Below, piece after piece: positions 50,386-63,589 of a stretch of DNA of 64,000 nt. The DNA lies in contig NC_045697.1 of NCBI RefSeq assembly GCF_009834535.1, forward strand, positions 105,526,001 to 105,590,000. The letters are read 5' to 3'. Source of the DNA: Camelus ferus (Eukaryota). The notes under the pieces were generated by a model. It was not told where the DNA came from and ran no database searches. It saw nothing but the letters and a program-made list of their open reading frames with translations. The translations under genes and the position numbers were made by a program. Every line of letters begins with the position of its first letter. Positions within the stretch are counted from its first letter, which is position 1.

Positions 50386-52889
50386 CTATGAGCAAATACC
50401 GTAAGAGATTCTTGAGTTAGCTATTTTTATTGCTGAAATGCAGCTGAAAGTACCCAGTATCAGGGAATCTCTTGCTGACTCTCCAATTTAGAACTGTCCC
50501 AGATTGCTAGGATTTTGCTTTTAAAGTCAGAACGAAATGGCTTAGGTTGGTTTCTGAGGCTGTCCTGTAAGGGAAATGAATTCTAAAGACTGGAAGAATG
50601 GTCTCTAATCTTACTGAAACCTAATCTTTGATAGATCTTTTGTATGTAACATTTTTAGAACTGAAGGATGTAGGCAAAGATATTCACTATGGACTTGAGA
50701 AAAATCAGGTTTATATTGTGCTGTTCTTGTAATTCAGTACAATTGCTTTATTCAAAGAGCCCAGCTTTGATCCTGATGACACTCTCAGTAAATGTGGATG
50801 ATTCAATTCTTTCTGCTTAATCTAACCCAACCTAGCTGTAGGAGCCAGGATTAGACAGTTTTGTACTTATTTCTATCTCCAAGCAAGGAAATACATTTAA
50901 TTAGTTTTCTTTCAAAAATTTCTCGGAACATGAGAATAAAAATAATAATAATGAGAAAAAATTCATAAGATATTTCATTTTCTTTTCAGGTAAGATAAAA
51001 GGCTACTATTTATAGGATAAATCATATAGTTTGTGAGATGTAAAAGTTGAATTTTCACAGCTAAGAATTATTACTGTTTTATTATTTCCAGAAGGATTGA
51101 GTTTTTTTAATGGGCTTGATTAAAATATCTGAATCCCAGACACTTAGTTTTGAGTAATACAGTTTGAGGGAACTTTGACTAAGAGACATCAAATGATTTG
51201 CCCAAAGGTTCCCCATCACACAGCCAGCTAACGGCAGAGTGAGCACTAGAACCCCAGGGCAGAACTTTCCCCCAATCTACTATGTAGCTTGCCTTATATA
51301 TTTCTTTCCTTTTTAATTTCAGTTTAATTTTATGATTGCTGTTATTATTGGAATATAAATTCTGTTGTGTCTAATACCAAAAGATAACCAAGAAGCCAGG
51401 CTAGTGTGGAATGGCATAAATTCTGCTCTGGGACATAAACTTGCCCTTTTGGCACCCAAGAAACACCTTTATGTATATAATATGTGATATACGATTTTAA
51501 GCATCTTCCAGATTTTTTTATAATGAGCGTACACTATTTTTCAATAAAAACTTAATTTTATAAAACATAAAAATTAAAAAAATTCATCATACATATATAA
51601 CATAAAATAAATATAATATATATTATAAATATAATAATTTAGACTAGGGTCTGATTTTTATCCTTACAGGATATATTCTGTCATGTTTAGAATGTCATTT
51701 GTTATTTTTGATGTTTAGAAAAAACATATTAAAATAAGCTTAATGAATATTTCTCCTTTCTTTCTCTGATTCCTTTTGTAAAAAGAGTACTTGTCTAAAT
51801 ATATCTGCTTGTTCTTCATATATTTAAAATCAGACCTTTCAAGAATTAAACATATGTAACAGCTCATTGTATTTTTTTTCCATTTGTGGTTTTTATTTTC
51901 CCATATTTTATTTATGATAGTTACACTTGACTTACCCAGTCAGGCTCTGCCTTTCTTGTTTGTGACTGTACAATCAAAGGACAGTAGAGGTTTAAACTAT
52001 ATTTAGATTCTCCAGTTGTTTTCATTAATTTTCCAGAAGCTGAATTTTGAGCTCAAGTTAATTGGCTACCTTGGAACCCAACCTTCTATTTTATCATGGT
52101 GGCAGAGAGCATTCTTATTATGGAAAAATAATTCCTACCGGGCAGCAATTTGTATCCAAGAACGATCATGTTTCAAATACCATGAGTAGAAGCATTTTGC
52201 AGTGCTGATCAATTTGGATAAATCTGGAAGAGAAAGCAGAAATTTGTAAATGATCTTGGGAAATAGAGTCTACAGATTGGTTGGAAGAAAGAAACAAAGA
52301 CCAAAAGAGGAAGGAAATGATATTCTGGATAAGATAGTGTGGAATATCCTGGAGAGAGAAAAACAAGCCCCAAACTGCTAAAAACTCATGCTCCCTCTTG
52401 AAAGGAGCGTGATTTGAGGTAAAATAACCTTGAATAGAGAATAAATGAAATGAAAGTCTATCAGCCCAGGAGCCCTGATTGTGGAAAGGAAAGACGGCAG
52501 TTTATCTGGAATCAAGTTGAACTAAATACAAAAACATCCCTTAAAGAGGGAATTTCTTGCATCCAGACTCTCTCTTGAGAAGGAGTCAGGAAATGATACA
52601 TACAGAGTATGAGGAAACATGGGAATCTGTTCAACCTGAACAGAGGAGCAAACATAAATTAAGATCTCATAGGCTAGCCCAGGGATGGACATAACCCCAG
52701 AGGTCATGGTGGGTGTAAAATGAGTTTGATGTGTTAGATGGTCCCAGGACTTTTCCTGTCTAGACACATTCTATCTAGTGTGTATGAAACGTTCATTATG
52801 GCATGTTATTTGTTCATGTTCTGTCTATGTTCAGTCCTTCCTGGTCTGTCCTCCTCTCCCTCGCTGGATTCTGCTGGATTCTTTTGAGG

Positions 52890-53185
52890 AGGGACTATAC
52901 GATGTCCATTGTTTTATACCCTGACCACACCACTTACAATTGCACCCCCACCCCATCCTCTATCCAGCATTCCTAAACCCTCTACCCTGCTCCATTTTGA
53001 TTCCCTTGAGTTTATCATGATCTAACATGGTCTATAATTCACTTACATATTATGTTTAAGTTATTATTTGTCTCCTTCCCCTGGAATGTGAACCCCATGA
53101 GGACAGATTATTGTCTCTTCTCTTTGTTTTGTTTTCCAAAGGCTTACGAAAGTGACTGGGGGTTAGGAAGTATTGAGTAACTAAG
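52890..53185 (+). mobile_element. L2 3' fragment
   Basis: TTTGTCTCCTTCCCCTGGAATGTGAACCCCATGAGGACAGA. Confidence 0.65.
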
Positions 53186-54566
53186 TGCCATCTAAATTGT
53201 TGGATCCCTTGTTAAATATCTTGGTTGGTGGCACCTGTTGTGTGGTTCTGTCATTTTCCTTCCCTTGCAAGTAGAACTGCAAAGCCAAGTACTTAACTCA
53301 GCAGTCTCTCTTGTTTTTCGTGAGTTGGGAGCAATTACAATGGACATTGGCCTGAAAGGAGAGAAAGAGCATCGGTTCAGGTGGGACTGACCTGTGATCG
53401 GGAAAGAAAGTTGCACAACCAAGAGGGCTTTCTGTTCTAGTCTGTCCTGACTCAGAGGGGCCCAGGATTTCCCTCAGTGTCCTGAGCTTATGCTTCTGAG
53501 ACTTTGGTTCTAGATCTGTTCTGTCACTAATTTACTATGTGACATGGAACAAATCACCATCTTACGTTCATTGGCTATCACATGGGGGTAATGATAGTTT
53601 GCTTTTTTTTAAAATCTCACAGTTTTTCAACATAATCCTATATGAGACATATTAAAATACTTTTAAAAGTTTAAGATGCTATATATTCATAGAAACATTG
53701 TTATTATTATTATTGAAGCTTTTATTTTTTTTAAATACTCTCCCTAAGATACCATATCGTTATGTGTAGAACAAGATTTCAAGGCAAAGGGTATAATTTT
53801 TTTAGGTGATACTATTTACTTAATATCGATATGAAATATTTCCTGGTTGATAATATCAATCATTTTTGTAAAGCATGATTTTTTTTTTTGGTAACTTCTT
53901 CATTTGGATAGGAACATAAGTTACTCCATTGGCAATCAGTTTGGCTACTTGTGATCACAGCTTTTGGCTGAGAAAATAGTGGATTTGAGGTGAGAAACCC
54001 AGTACAGGTGGTACAGAGGGCCGGTGGGGAAGGCTGAGGCAGTCAGGGAGTGCTAATGAGGACTGAGTTTGTCAGGAACCAGCCCATCAGGTGCACGGGC
54101 CATAAAACAAGGCAGGGAGGGACACAGTGTTCCCGATGTCAGTAGGAAATCCGTATCAAATAAAGTGAACTGTTTGCTTATACTTGCCTATGTTCCATCA
54201 GACCTTGGGTGCTGAGAACCAACCCAATTTAGAAATTAGCTCACCCAGAGGCTGTAGGGCAGAAAGAGTCAAAGTACAGACTGTTGCATCAAAATTGTGT
54301 TTAGTAACACAAAACTCTCATGAAGTACTTGTATGTTGCTTTTTAAAACTTTCTCGTTTGAACAGAGTTGCCACTGCTTTCATTAGTGCTCTTTTAGCAT
54401 AACGTTTGGGACAAAGTACTTACCTGATGAAATATACATGTATTTATATATTCAGCTCTCTAACAAATCTGTGCTCTTAATTTTAATTTTTTATTAAAAT
54501 TATACAAGGAAAATTGCTTAGCATCCCAAGGAAGCATTGACTACTGAGTCTCATGGATATTTCATG

Positions 54567-55002
54567 GGTTTTTTCCTTTTTTTTCTTGAAGTATAGTTGA
54601 TTTACAATGCTGTGTTAGTTTCAGGTGTACAGCATAGTGATTCAGTTATACACACACACACACACACACACATATATTCATTTTCAGATTCTTTTCCATT
54701 ATATGTTATTAGAAGAAATTGAATATAGTTCCTTGTACCGTACAGTAGGTTCTTGTTTATCTATTTTATATCCAGTAGCGTGTATCTGTTAATCCCAAAC
54801 TCCTAATTTATCCCTCTTCTCCCTCCTTTCCCCTTTGGTAACCATAAGTTTGTTTTCTATGTCTGTGAGTCTGTTTCTGTTCTGTAAATAAGTTCATTTG
54901 TGTCACTTTTTTTTTAGATCCACATATAAGTGATCTCATATGGTATTTGTCTTTCTCTGCCTGACTTACATCACTTAGTATGATTATCTCTAGATACATC
55001 CA
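54567..55002 (-). mobile_element. Short 5'-truncated young L1 (3'UTR) with perfect TSD
   Basis: T-tail, then TTGAAGTATAGTTGATTTACAATGCTGTGTTAGTTTCAGGTGTACAGCA...; ORF 54808..54999- reads LEIIILSDVSQAEKDKYHM; TSD GGATATTTCATG at 54555-54566 and 55003-55014; internal (CA)n. Confidence 0.93.
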
Positions 55003-55928
55003 GGATATTTCATGTTTTCAAAAAAAAATTTTTTATGCAGACTCTTTTCTACTCCCTTTTCTCCAGTGAAGATTGTTTCAAATAAAGCTGTCTGATAGAG
55101 AAAGACACGGTTGCTAGGGAGCCACAGTCATGATGGCTGATGTTACTAGGGGGGATACAGAGGTGAGTCTCTGATTATAGAAGAGAAACATTTTTCATTC
55201 TACTTGAGAGTGAGTCTTTATCTGTGGATGACAAGCTCACTAACTCGGTGGGAATCAGACTTCAGAAAGAAATACGAAATTTTAATATGTTTCCTCAGAT
55301 TGATGTAAATCTAAAGATATTTCTTCAGGATGAATAGGGTTTATGCCCACCCACATCTCGGTGCAAATCTTTTGGCAAGTTCTCTAAGGCCTTGGCCTAA
55401 CCACCTGAGTGGGATACGGAATCTCTGTCTAATATTTCTTCCATCTTCAAATTTGGTTAAGTACAGACCAATAAACATCTACTGAGATCTACTGTGTGCT
55501 AGGCATTTTATTAGGGACTTTTAGTACATCTTCTCATTTAATCCTATAATCTTGATGCAAGGTGTTGTCATCTTCGTAAAAACTAGGGACTATTCTTGTC
55601 AGTGGAAAATGTGGGATTTGAATTTTATTCAGTTTCACTAAGTTCTTTCCTTTAAAACATCTCCTGCTAAGGAAGAATAGATTAAGTACATATACGTCGA
55701 TTTCATGTAAACCAAAAAACCACCTGTGCTTTTTCTGTTAGTGTTACTACTACTTTTGGAAAATCTATACGTGGGAAAGTTTAATGAAAGAATTTTAGAC
55801 TATTCTGGCTTTTGAAAAGAAAATGTGATAAACATTGCTTAGTTTTAAACCTTTAGATAATTTAGTTGGTGTCTTATTGTTTGGGCTTCCTATAGGATGT
55901 TAATGCCCACATAAGTGAACTCAATTGC

Positions 55929-55963
55929 TTCACTCTTTTTATGGCTGAATAATATTCCATCAC

Positions 55964-56002
<39 letters not shown>

Positions 56003-56500
56003 GATACACACACACACACATCACATCTTCTTTATCCAATCATCTGTTGATGGACATTTAGGTTGTTTCCATGTCTTGGCTATTGTAAACAGTGCTTCTA
56101 TGAACATTGGGATGCGTGTGTCTTTTTGAATTATAGTTTTCTGCAGATATATACCCAGGAGTGGGATTGCTGGATCATATGGTAACTCTGCTTTTAGTTT
56201 TTTAAGGAACCTCCATACTGTCCTCCACAGTGGCTGTACCAATTTACATTCCCACCAACAGTATAGGAAGTTTCCTTTTTCTCCACACCCTCTTCAGCAT
56301 ATATTACTTGTAGACTTTTTAATGATGGTCATTCTGACTGGTGTGAGGTGACACCTTATTGTAGTTTTGATTTCATTTCTCTGATAATTAGTGATGTTGA
56401 GCATCGTTTCATGTGCCTGTTGGCCATCTGGATGTCTTCTTTGGAGAAATGTCTATTTAGGTCTTCTGCCCATCTTTTGATTGGGTTGTATTCTTTTTTG
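55929..56500 (-). mobile_element. L1 ORF2 C-terminal fragment
   Basis: ORF 56021..56242- reads [31 protein letters not shown]...MFIEALFTIAKTWKQPKCPSTDDWIKKM. Confidence 0.93.
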
Positions 56501-57916
56501 TTTTTGTTTTTTTACAAAAAACAGAAAAAAGCAAACAAAAAAAGCTTCCTGAGTAGACTCTTTGTATACAGCATGGTGCTAGGATGAGTACGACTGTCGT
56601 TACAAAGCTTTCTTTAAAATGCAGTAGGTATATTAACAGATGGTAAAAGGAAAGCATTTTGAGTAGAAACCTTAAATGCTCCTATAATAATTGAGATTGG
56701 CAAACAGTCAATACTATCAACAGTATGTTTGCTCTCCCATGTTAGGGATCTTCAGTCACCAGCATTTGAGAATTCTTTCATGGAGTCCCACGGTCAAAGC
56801 CAAAGAGTGTTGGCAACCTCTTCTGAGATTAAAGCATTTTCACTCACACTAGTATCTACTTATGAAATCTGAACGAGGGCGTACGGGATTGACTGATGGC
56901 CTTTAAGAAAAGGTTGTGGACTTACACAAGAACAAGGCATAAACCAAGCCGAGGAACAGAATTGGCACCCTATTGGCCTGAGAAGCCACATCTTGTAGCC
57001 CAGAATATCTTTTAGAAAGCAAAACTGGATTAAAAGAAGAGAAAGAAATGTTCTTGGAGAGCAAGCTGGGTGACCTGTGTGAGGTTTATTGAGGCAGTTA
57101 TTGTGTCTAAGTCTTCAAACGTACTGGAAAATTTTATGATCACCACTAGGCACTTGCAGCCTAGTCAGTGGAGGTAGAAGAGGAAGGTTATTTAATGCTT
57201 CTAAATATGGATTTATTGCCTATGAGAATTAGGACTGAGAGTCTTTTCCAGGTAGTGCTTTTTTTTATGCTATATTATTTTTTAAGCAGTAAAAAAAAAA
57301 AAAAAAGAAAATTCTCTTCCTCAGAAATACCTGTTTGTTGATTACTATTAAGGGGCAGGACATTTGATTAGGTGGACTAGTTCAAGTACAGCAAATGCCA
57401 CCCTACTTTAATAGAGGTTGCTAAGAAACACAGTGTTTTGGGATTACTACCATAATGGTTATCTACGAATTTAATACTGCCAGTCTCTTATCTTACAGAG
57501 GGTGTGGGCAAACCTTTAAATGACTCCAATTTTAGAGACCGTGGCGCTGGGCATTAAGATCAGAGATTTATGTTAAAGGCAAGACTTGTGTCTCAAACCA
57601 CTGGCTGCTCATGAAACATGACAATCAGATAGAGCTGTGTGAGTTTTAAACGTAGGAAGAGAAGGATGTATTCTTCCACACACTTTGTGATTTTATCTAT
57701 AAGCCAGCTTTCCAGGAAAAATCTTATAAACAGGTGCAGTAAGATGACGTATCTAATGTAAGTTGTTCAGGGAAACAGGCAATGTTAAAATCATCTATAA
57801 GTCTGCATTGTTCATTAATGAGCCAGTTTGTTTAGAAGGATTTGCTTGATCTAGTGAGTCAAAATGGCCAAAGTATGTGTGTAAATTACCTGTGTTGATA
57901 TATCTAGTGATTATAT

Positions 57917-58420
57917 TGTGAATGAAAAATATTGCCTGCCATATCAGTAAACAAAGATGCTGTGGCCATCAAGTCATCAGTTGTTCCTGCCACCCCTGAC
58001 AGTGAGTGGAGGGAACTCAGGATGGAGATAAGCAGGCAGCCCAGCCTCTGCTGCCACCCACAACAGTGCCCCCTGAGGGAACTCAGTATGGGAAAGCAGA
58101 GGATACTGGCCCTAGAGAGCCAGGTGCATATCAAAGGAATGATTAAAGCCCAGACTTTTGCACCTTCCCGTACACAAAAAAGTGCTAAATTACTTAACTT
58201 GAGATATCTGGTTTTCTTTAATTAACAGCAATCTTTTAATGTTCTGTCTACCTGGTCTTTGTTGCAAAAATTCATATATATTGTGGCTCCTCCCTTACCT
58301 CTTTGAAGCTGTCACACAGAGCTATCTGAGAGGCAGCATCCTGGGCTTAAGTCCTCAGAAATGTGCCCTGAATAAGACATAATTCTCAACTTTTAGGTTG
58401 TGCATTTTTTCCAGTTGACA
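57917..58420 (+). mobile_element. Solo LTR (504 bp), ERV1-class by TSD length
   Basis: TGTGAA...TTGACA termini; 4-bp TSD ATAT at 57913-57916 and 58421-58424; TATA-like CATATATATT ~58273; internal direct repeat GAGGGAACTCAG(G/T)ATGG. Confidence 0.88.
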
Positions 58421-59605
58421 ATATGTATACATATAATTCCTAAAACATTCAGAAATTAGTAGGAAGCCTTGGACGTGGTCTAATGTTGGCCTCCCTATGA
58501 TACAGGGTACAGTCAGTTTTTTCACACGACATCTACTGAGTCCTTATTTTATGTCAGGCATTGCAGATGTGACTATGGATTAGATATGGGGAAAAACAAC
58601 CCTCCTTTTAAAAAAGAACATTTACTAAAGCCAACATTGCTATCGAGACAGATTGTGCAACACAACGTCGAGTGATTTGACCTTGGTAGCCATGTCGGCT
58701 ACCATTGTCTATTCTACAAGACATTGGTCCATCAGAAAAGATCCAAGAGACTGGCATAGTTTTAGGTTACAATCATAAGAAATTAAAAAACTGTTTCATA
58801 AATACTTAAAATCTTCTTTGTTCTCCAGATACACACAAATGTTTGCTGTTACATTTTTTTCTTTTCTTTTTTTGTCCTTTAGCAGGCAGTGGCTACATTT
58901 GATTCAGCACTGCTTTACCAGAATAAGCAAAGGTCTATTTGCCTTGCATGATATTAAATTAAATCTGTCTGAGAGATAAACAACTTAAATTTTAATGCTT
59001 CACATTCAAGAATGCATCTGTGCTAATATTTAAGTAACACAATACATCTATCTTTGAGACTCAGGTTCCATGTTTTGGTCTTCTTTGGTTTTAGGCTTTT
59101 GCTGAAAGCTCTAAATTTATTTAAACCTCTTTTCCAGAAAGGTGAGAGTATTGCTCTAAACCTTGTTCAAGTAAAAAAAAAAATTGTTCAAACCTTATTT
59201 CAGATTTATCCACTGAGTTATTTATTTTACCAGGTTAGATCAAGGCTTAGTCACAAAGGCAAGTAATATAAAGCAATGTTACTTGTAATATTCTTTTAGT
59301 ATATTGATAGAAGTATAGAATGGCCACATCATCAAATGTGCACCTATACAGAAATTTGTTTCATGTCTTTCCTCACTCATTTGAATTACTTTGTTCCCCA
59401 AATCAGTGAAAGTGAAGCAATATTTCTAGGATTTCTATATGAATATAGATATTTCTTTTTCACTTTTTGTATGTCAGATGAACCAGTGGAGTGTAAACAC
59501 ATTTTCCTTTTCTGTTTTCCCCTCCTTTGTATGGGTATATATTTTTGCTGAACTTCCTCCTTCTTTATGGAGAGCTTGTTTTACATACATACCCTCTTCT
59601 CTCTC

Positions 59606-59671
59606 CACACACACTCACACACACACACACACACACAGACAGACACACATATGCACACACACGTACACTCA
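59606..59671. repeat. Imperfect (CA)n microsatellite
   Basis: Read directly from the sequence. Confidence 0.9.
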
Positions 59672-60343
59672 CATTGGCCCATGAGAAAAGATACTTAGGA
59701 AAAAAATTCAAGACCCAAGCACTGTTCTTTCCATTTTCTTGGGTAAGTTTCTAAACCTCAATGAACTTCGGTCTCTTTATTTGCAAAATGGAGTCAATCA
59801 TATCTACCTTTTTGGGGTTTTATGAAGATTCAGTTAATGTACAAAACAAATCCTGACAAATTGTGGGCAATAAAAAGTACCCACTCTTTTCTTCTTATTG
59901 CTAATTGTTGAATATATTAGCAGGGCAAAGCAACCCATTCTTTACTTTTTCCCCATTAAGAGCTAGGAGAAATGGTAAGACTTTATTTTACTTTTAATGT
60001 ATAAAGTTGCCTGTAAGAAGGAACGGGATTCAGTGCTGGGAGATAACCATGGTATTGTTTCATGTGTTTTCTTAGAAGTAACTGAAATATACTCATTTGA
60101 AATTTTATTCACCATAGAAACTATTCTATAGTTTGACAAATTATTTCAATGAATGTTGTTTTGAAATTTTGTGTTTTTTGGGAAAGTCTGTATACAACCA
60201 AAATCCTTTTTTTTTTTTAACCATGCAAATACTCAGTTCACAGTTATGCCAGAAGAACTTCCTGATGAATTTTAATATAACACAACTCCCAGATGTAGCA
60301 GTTTACAGCAAAACTTTTAAAAATTCTGTGAGTTTTAGGCATT

Positions 60344-60875
60344 TGTCCTAGATAGCGTCCGCTGATGGCCACCACCAGTTCCTTCCTTCTTTGCACATGG
60401 ATGCTGCTCCTTGTGTCAAGAGATGGAGTCTAATTTCCACCTCCCTGAGTCTGGGCTGGGCTTAGTGATGAGTGTGGCCAATAAAATGGGCCAAGAGTGA
60501 TGCTCTGCAGCCCCTGAGCCTAGGCTATAAGAAGTTTCATGATCTTTTCAGATGCTTCCTCTCAGAATCAATCTGCCTTGCTGTGAGAAGTCCAAGACAC
60601 ATGGAGAAGATGTGTAGGAAGTCCAGTTGACATCCTGGCTTAGCCCCAGTTGTTAGCCATTATCCAGTGACCATCCATGAGAATGAGCCATCTTGGATGT
60701 CCAGCCCAGTCAAGGCTTCATATGGCTCTAGTCCCAGTGGCCACTGGAGTGCAACCACATAAGAAACCCCAAGTTAAACCAATCAACCTATAGAACCATA
60801 AGAAAAAACAGTAAATTGTTTTAAGCCACCACATTCTGAGTAGTTTGTTAAGTAACAATATAGATAACCAGAACA
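60344..60875 (+). mobile_element. MaLR solo LTR (MLT1-like)
   Basis: TG start; CAAGAGATGGAGTCTAATTTCC..CCCTGAGTCTGGGCTGG body; ends TTGTTTTAAGCCAC...GTAGTTTGTTA...AGATAACCAGAACA; 5-bp flanks GCATT/GCATA. Confidence 0.88.
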
Positions 60876-61424
60876 GCATAAGCAAATAACATGGTACTCA
60901 AACAAATACATTCACTTGAAGATGGGGTATCTATCATATGAAACCTCAAAATAGTAAGTAATTTTCGCCCTTTATCAGGCCCAAATCCTGTTTTTGATTT
61001 CAGTGTAATCAAGCTTCAAGAAACATAGTGAGTGTATGGTGTTAGATTTGAGGGGGAGAATTGAAATATAGCATTTTGGAGCTCTGAGCTTCATATGCAT
61101 CCATCTATTCATTTAAATATTGATTATGCAAAGCAATATGCCAGGTGCTGTGGGGGATAGAGGGATGAGTCAGAAAGCTGTGCCAATATTAGCATTTTGG
61201 AAGACCCTCCCTTTTCCCTCTGAAGACAATAAAACACGGTGTTCAAATTTCATGTGGGGTTTTCATTTGGTGTTCTCTTCAGTTTTCTTTCTTCCATTCT
61301 TTTGACCATTTTTTTGAGATTGTTAGTTTCTTTGAGTGTTTGGAAAGTGAAAAAAGAATAAAAAAAACCCTTAAGTTGAAGGAAAAAAATATTTTATATA
61401 CATAAGGACATGGTAATCTTTTAA

Positions 61425-61700
61425 AAAATTTTTTTATTGAAATGTAGTTGATTTACAATGTAAATTTCAGGTATACAACAAAGTAATTCAGTTATACATA
61501 TACATATTATAAATGTTTTTTTCTTTTCAGATTCTTTTTCTTTATATGTTATTATAAGGAATTAAATATAGTTCCCTGTGCTCTACAATAGGTCCTTGTT
61601 TTTTATCTACTTTCTGTACAGTAATGTGTCTGTTAATCCCCAACCTCTAATTTATCCCTCCCCACCCTTTCCCCTTTGGAAACCATAGCTTTTTTTTTCA
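61425..61700 (-). mobile_element. Short 5'-truncated young L1 3'UTR with long TSD
   Basis: TTTTTTATTGAAATGTAGTTGATTTACAATG...CCCTTTCCCCTTTGG; direct repeat AAGGACATGGTAATCTTTTAA at 61404-61424 and 61701-61721. Confidence 0.93.
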
Positions 61701-63589
61701 AAGGACATGGTAATCTTTTAAGAAAACAAACTAGTAATACTAGTAAGCAATCTAGAATTTTGGTGAAGATTTTAATTTTTTTGGCTCCAATTTCTCTTGA
61801 CCCTATAATATTACTGTTTTCTCAGTGAGATTTATGTTCACGATCCTGTACAAATGACAGGACAGATAATAGATGTCTTATTTGTAGCCCAGATGCTTTA
61901 AATGTGATAAACCAACTATTAATTGTTTTCAAGTATTGTGACTTTGTAACAACCTGGGCTTTGAAGGGAGAGAAACTGCACCCTATTTCTGATTCTGACA
62001 GTTACTATTTTTTTTTTTACTTCATGTAATTTTGAAAACACTCTAAGCCTAAGGTTCATTGTCTATAAAGTGAATATAAAAATGGTATTGCTACCCAAAG
62101 GCTATTGTGAGTGTCAGCTGCAATTATGCACATAAAGTACTTGTAAGGGCTCTAGCATGTAGCAAGAGATCATGGTCATGGGGAATTACATTTTCTAGGG
62201 TATGAAAAAAATGGTGATGCTGAGAGTTCAATGTAATTTTATTGAACTGAGCTTCCACACTCAGTGGGGCAATTAAAAATTGTCTATGCCTATTTACTTT
62301 TCCTAAGTGGTTTTAAAATTAAAAATGATCACTTAAAAAACAATGCATGCTTTCTTAAATGAAATTCCACATAGATGGACCATCTGTTTAGACAAAATGA
62401 GGGTGAGGACCAGTCTTACTTTCTGTAGTGGTTCTCTTATGACCAAAACATAATAGTTTAGCAAAGTCCACGCTAAAAACTGCCACACTTGGCTGATTTT
62501 TCCTATGTTTGCGGCTTGATTTCTTTCCGGTCATACTTTGCCATATGTGGTAAGCCCTTGAAACTATATGTTATTCTAAATGTCCAGTGTCATTTCTTGC
62601 CTACCTGCAGAGGTTACAGCTTCTTACTCTGTCTCCCTAGTCCTATCATGTGCTTTTGCTATTCAGCCTCTTTGCTCCAGCTTGGGAGTGAAAAGATGTA
62701 AAGGGAATATAATTTAAGGGGGAAAAAAAAACCTTAAAACGCCTTAATATCTTATTGCAAATGTTTTATCTCAATTACAAAATGAAATCCAATACCTTAT
62801 TTGCTCAAGCAGACTGAGCTACATTTTCATCCCATCATTTTAAGTTTTAGAATTTGAGATTTCTCCAGATACATTCCAGGGAAGTGGGTGAAGGCGTTGT
62901 AGGATGGTGAACACAGATGTTATTTCATTAACATATTTAGCCAAATCTTGATAAATCCGAATATACATTTCCTTAAATCAGGAAGTTCCTTTCCTTGAAT
63001 TCCTTTTCCTACTTCCAGAAATTTCCAGGGATGTTGACTTGTGTTCATAAGATTTGCCTGGCTGTAGGTCTTCCTTTAGTCGGTCCAGTCCAAACTTCAC
63101 AGACTTAGAGTTGCTCCCCAGTTCTCATGCCCTCAAGGCTTTGCCTCTGCTGTCACTGATGAGGCTGAGTGTCCCTTATATTTGGCATGGGGCGGCAGGG
63201 AACCCTGCTCTTGAACCTGCGAAGTGTGAATAAAAACAGCTCTTGTGTGCTCTGGCGTAGGAAGGAGCTAAATGTTTGCTTGAACACATAAGTGCTAGAG
63301 TAGTTGGTGACAGCTCTTGTAATGAAACAAAAATCAAATTATAAGAATATTTTTATTTTTATTTAAAAATTTGAAACGGTACAGACCCATATAGGTAAAA
63401 AAGAATGATCCCCCATTTTGTCCATTTTATTCAAATCCTCTGTATATTTATACTTCTTGTTTGTTTCTATATCATATATTTATTTACTTTTTATCAGAGA
63501 TCTTAGAAGGAAAGGAGAGAGAATGAGGCAGAGGCAACACCTGGGAAGGTAATGAATGAAAATACACCAACTTAGCTTTGATTAGTGTT

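Noticed and set aside
56490..56545. T-rich then A-rich run at the end of the L1 fragment, suggesting another inverted L1 with a tail
   Set aside because: No sense 3'UTR segment and no convincing TSD found.
58684..58704. 8-bp stem hairpin TGGTAGCC-ATGTC-GGCTACCA
   Set aside because: Too short for a pre-miRNA; expected occasionally by chance in 64 kb.
58855..59147. Pyrimidine tract with TAGCAG acceptor and downstream AAG|GTGAGA donor
   Set aside because: The tract may be a simple T-rich run; exon limits are ambiguous and there is no recognisable coding frame.
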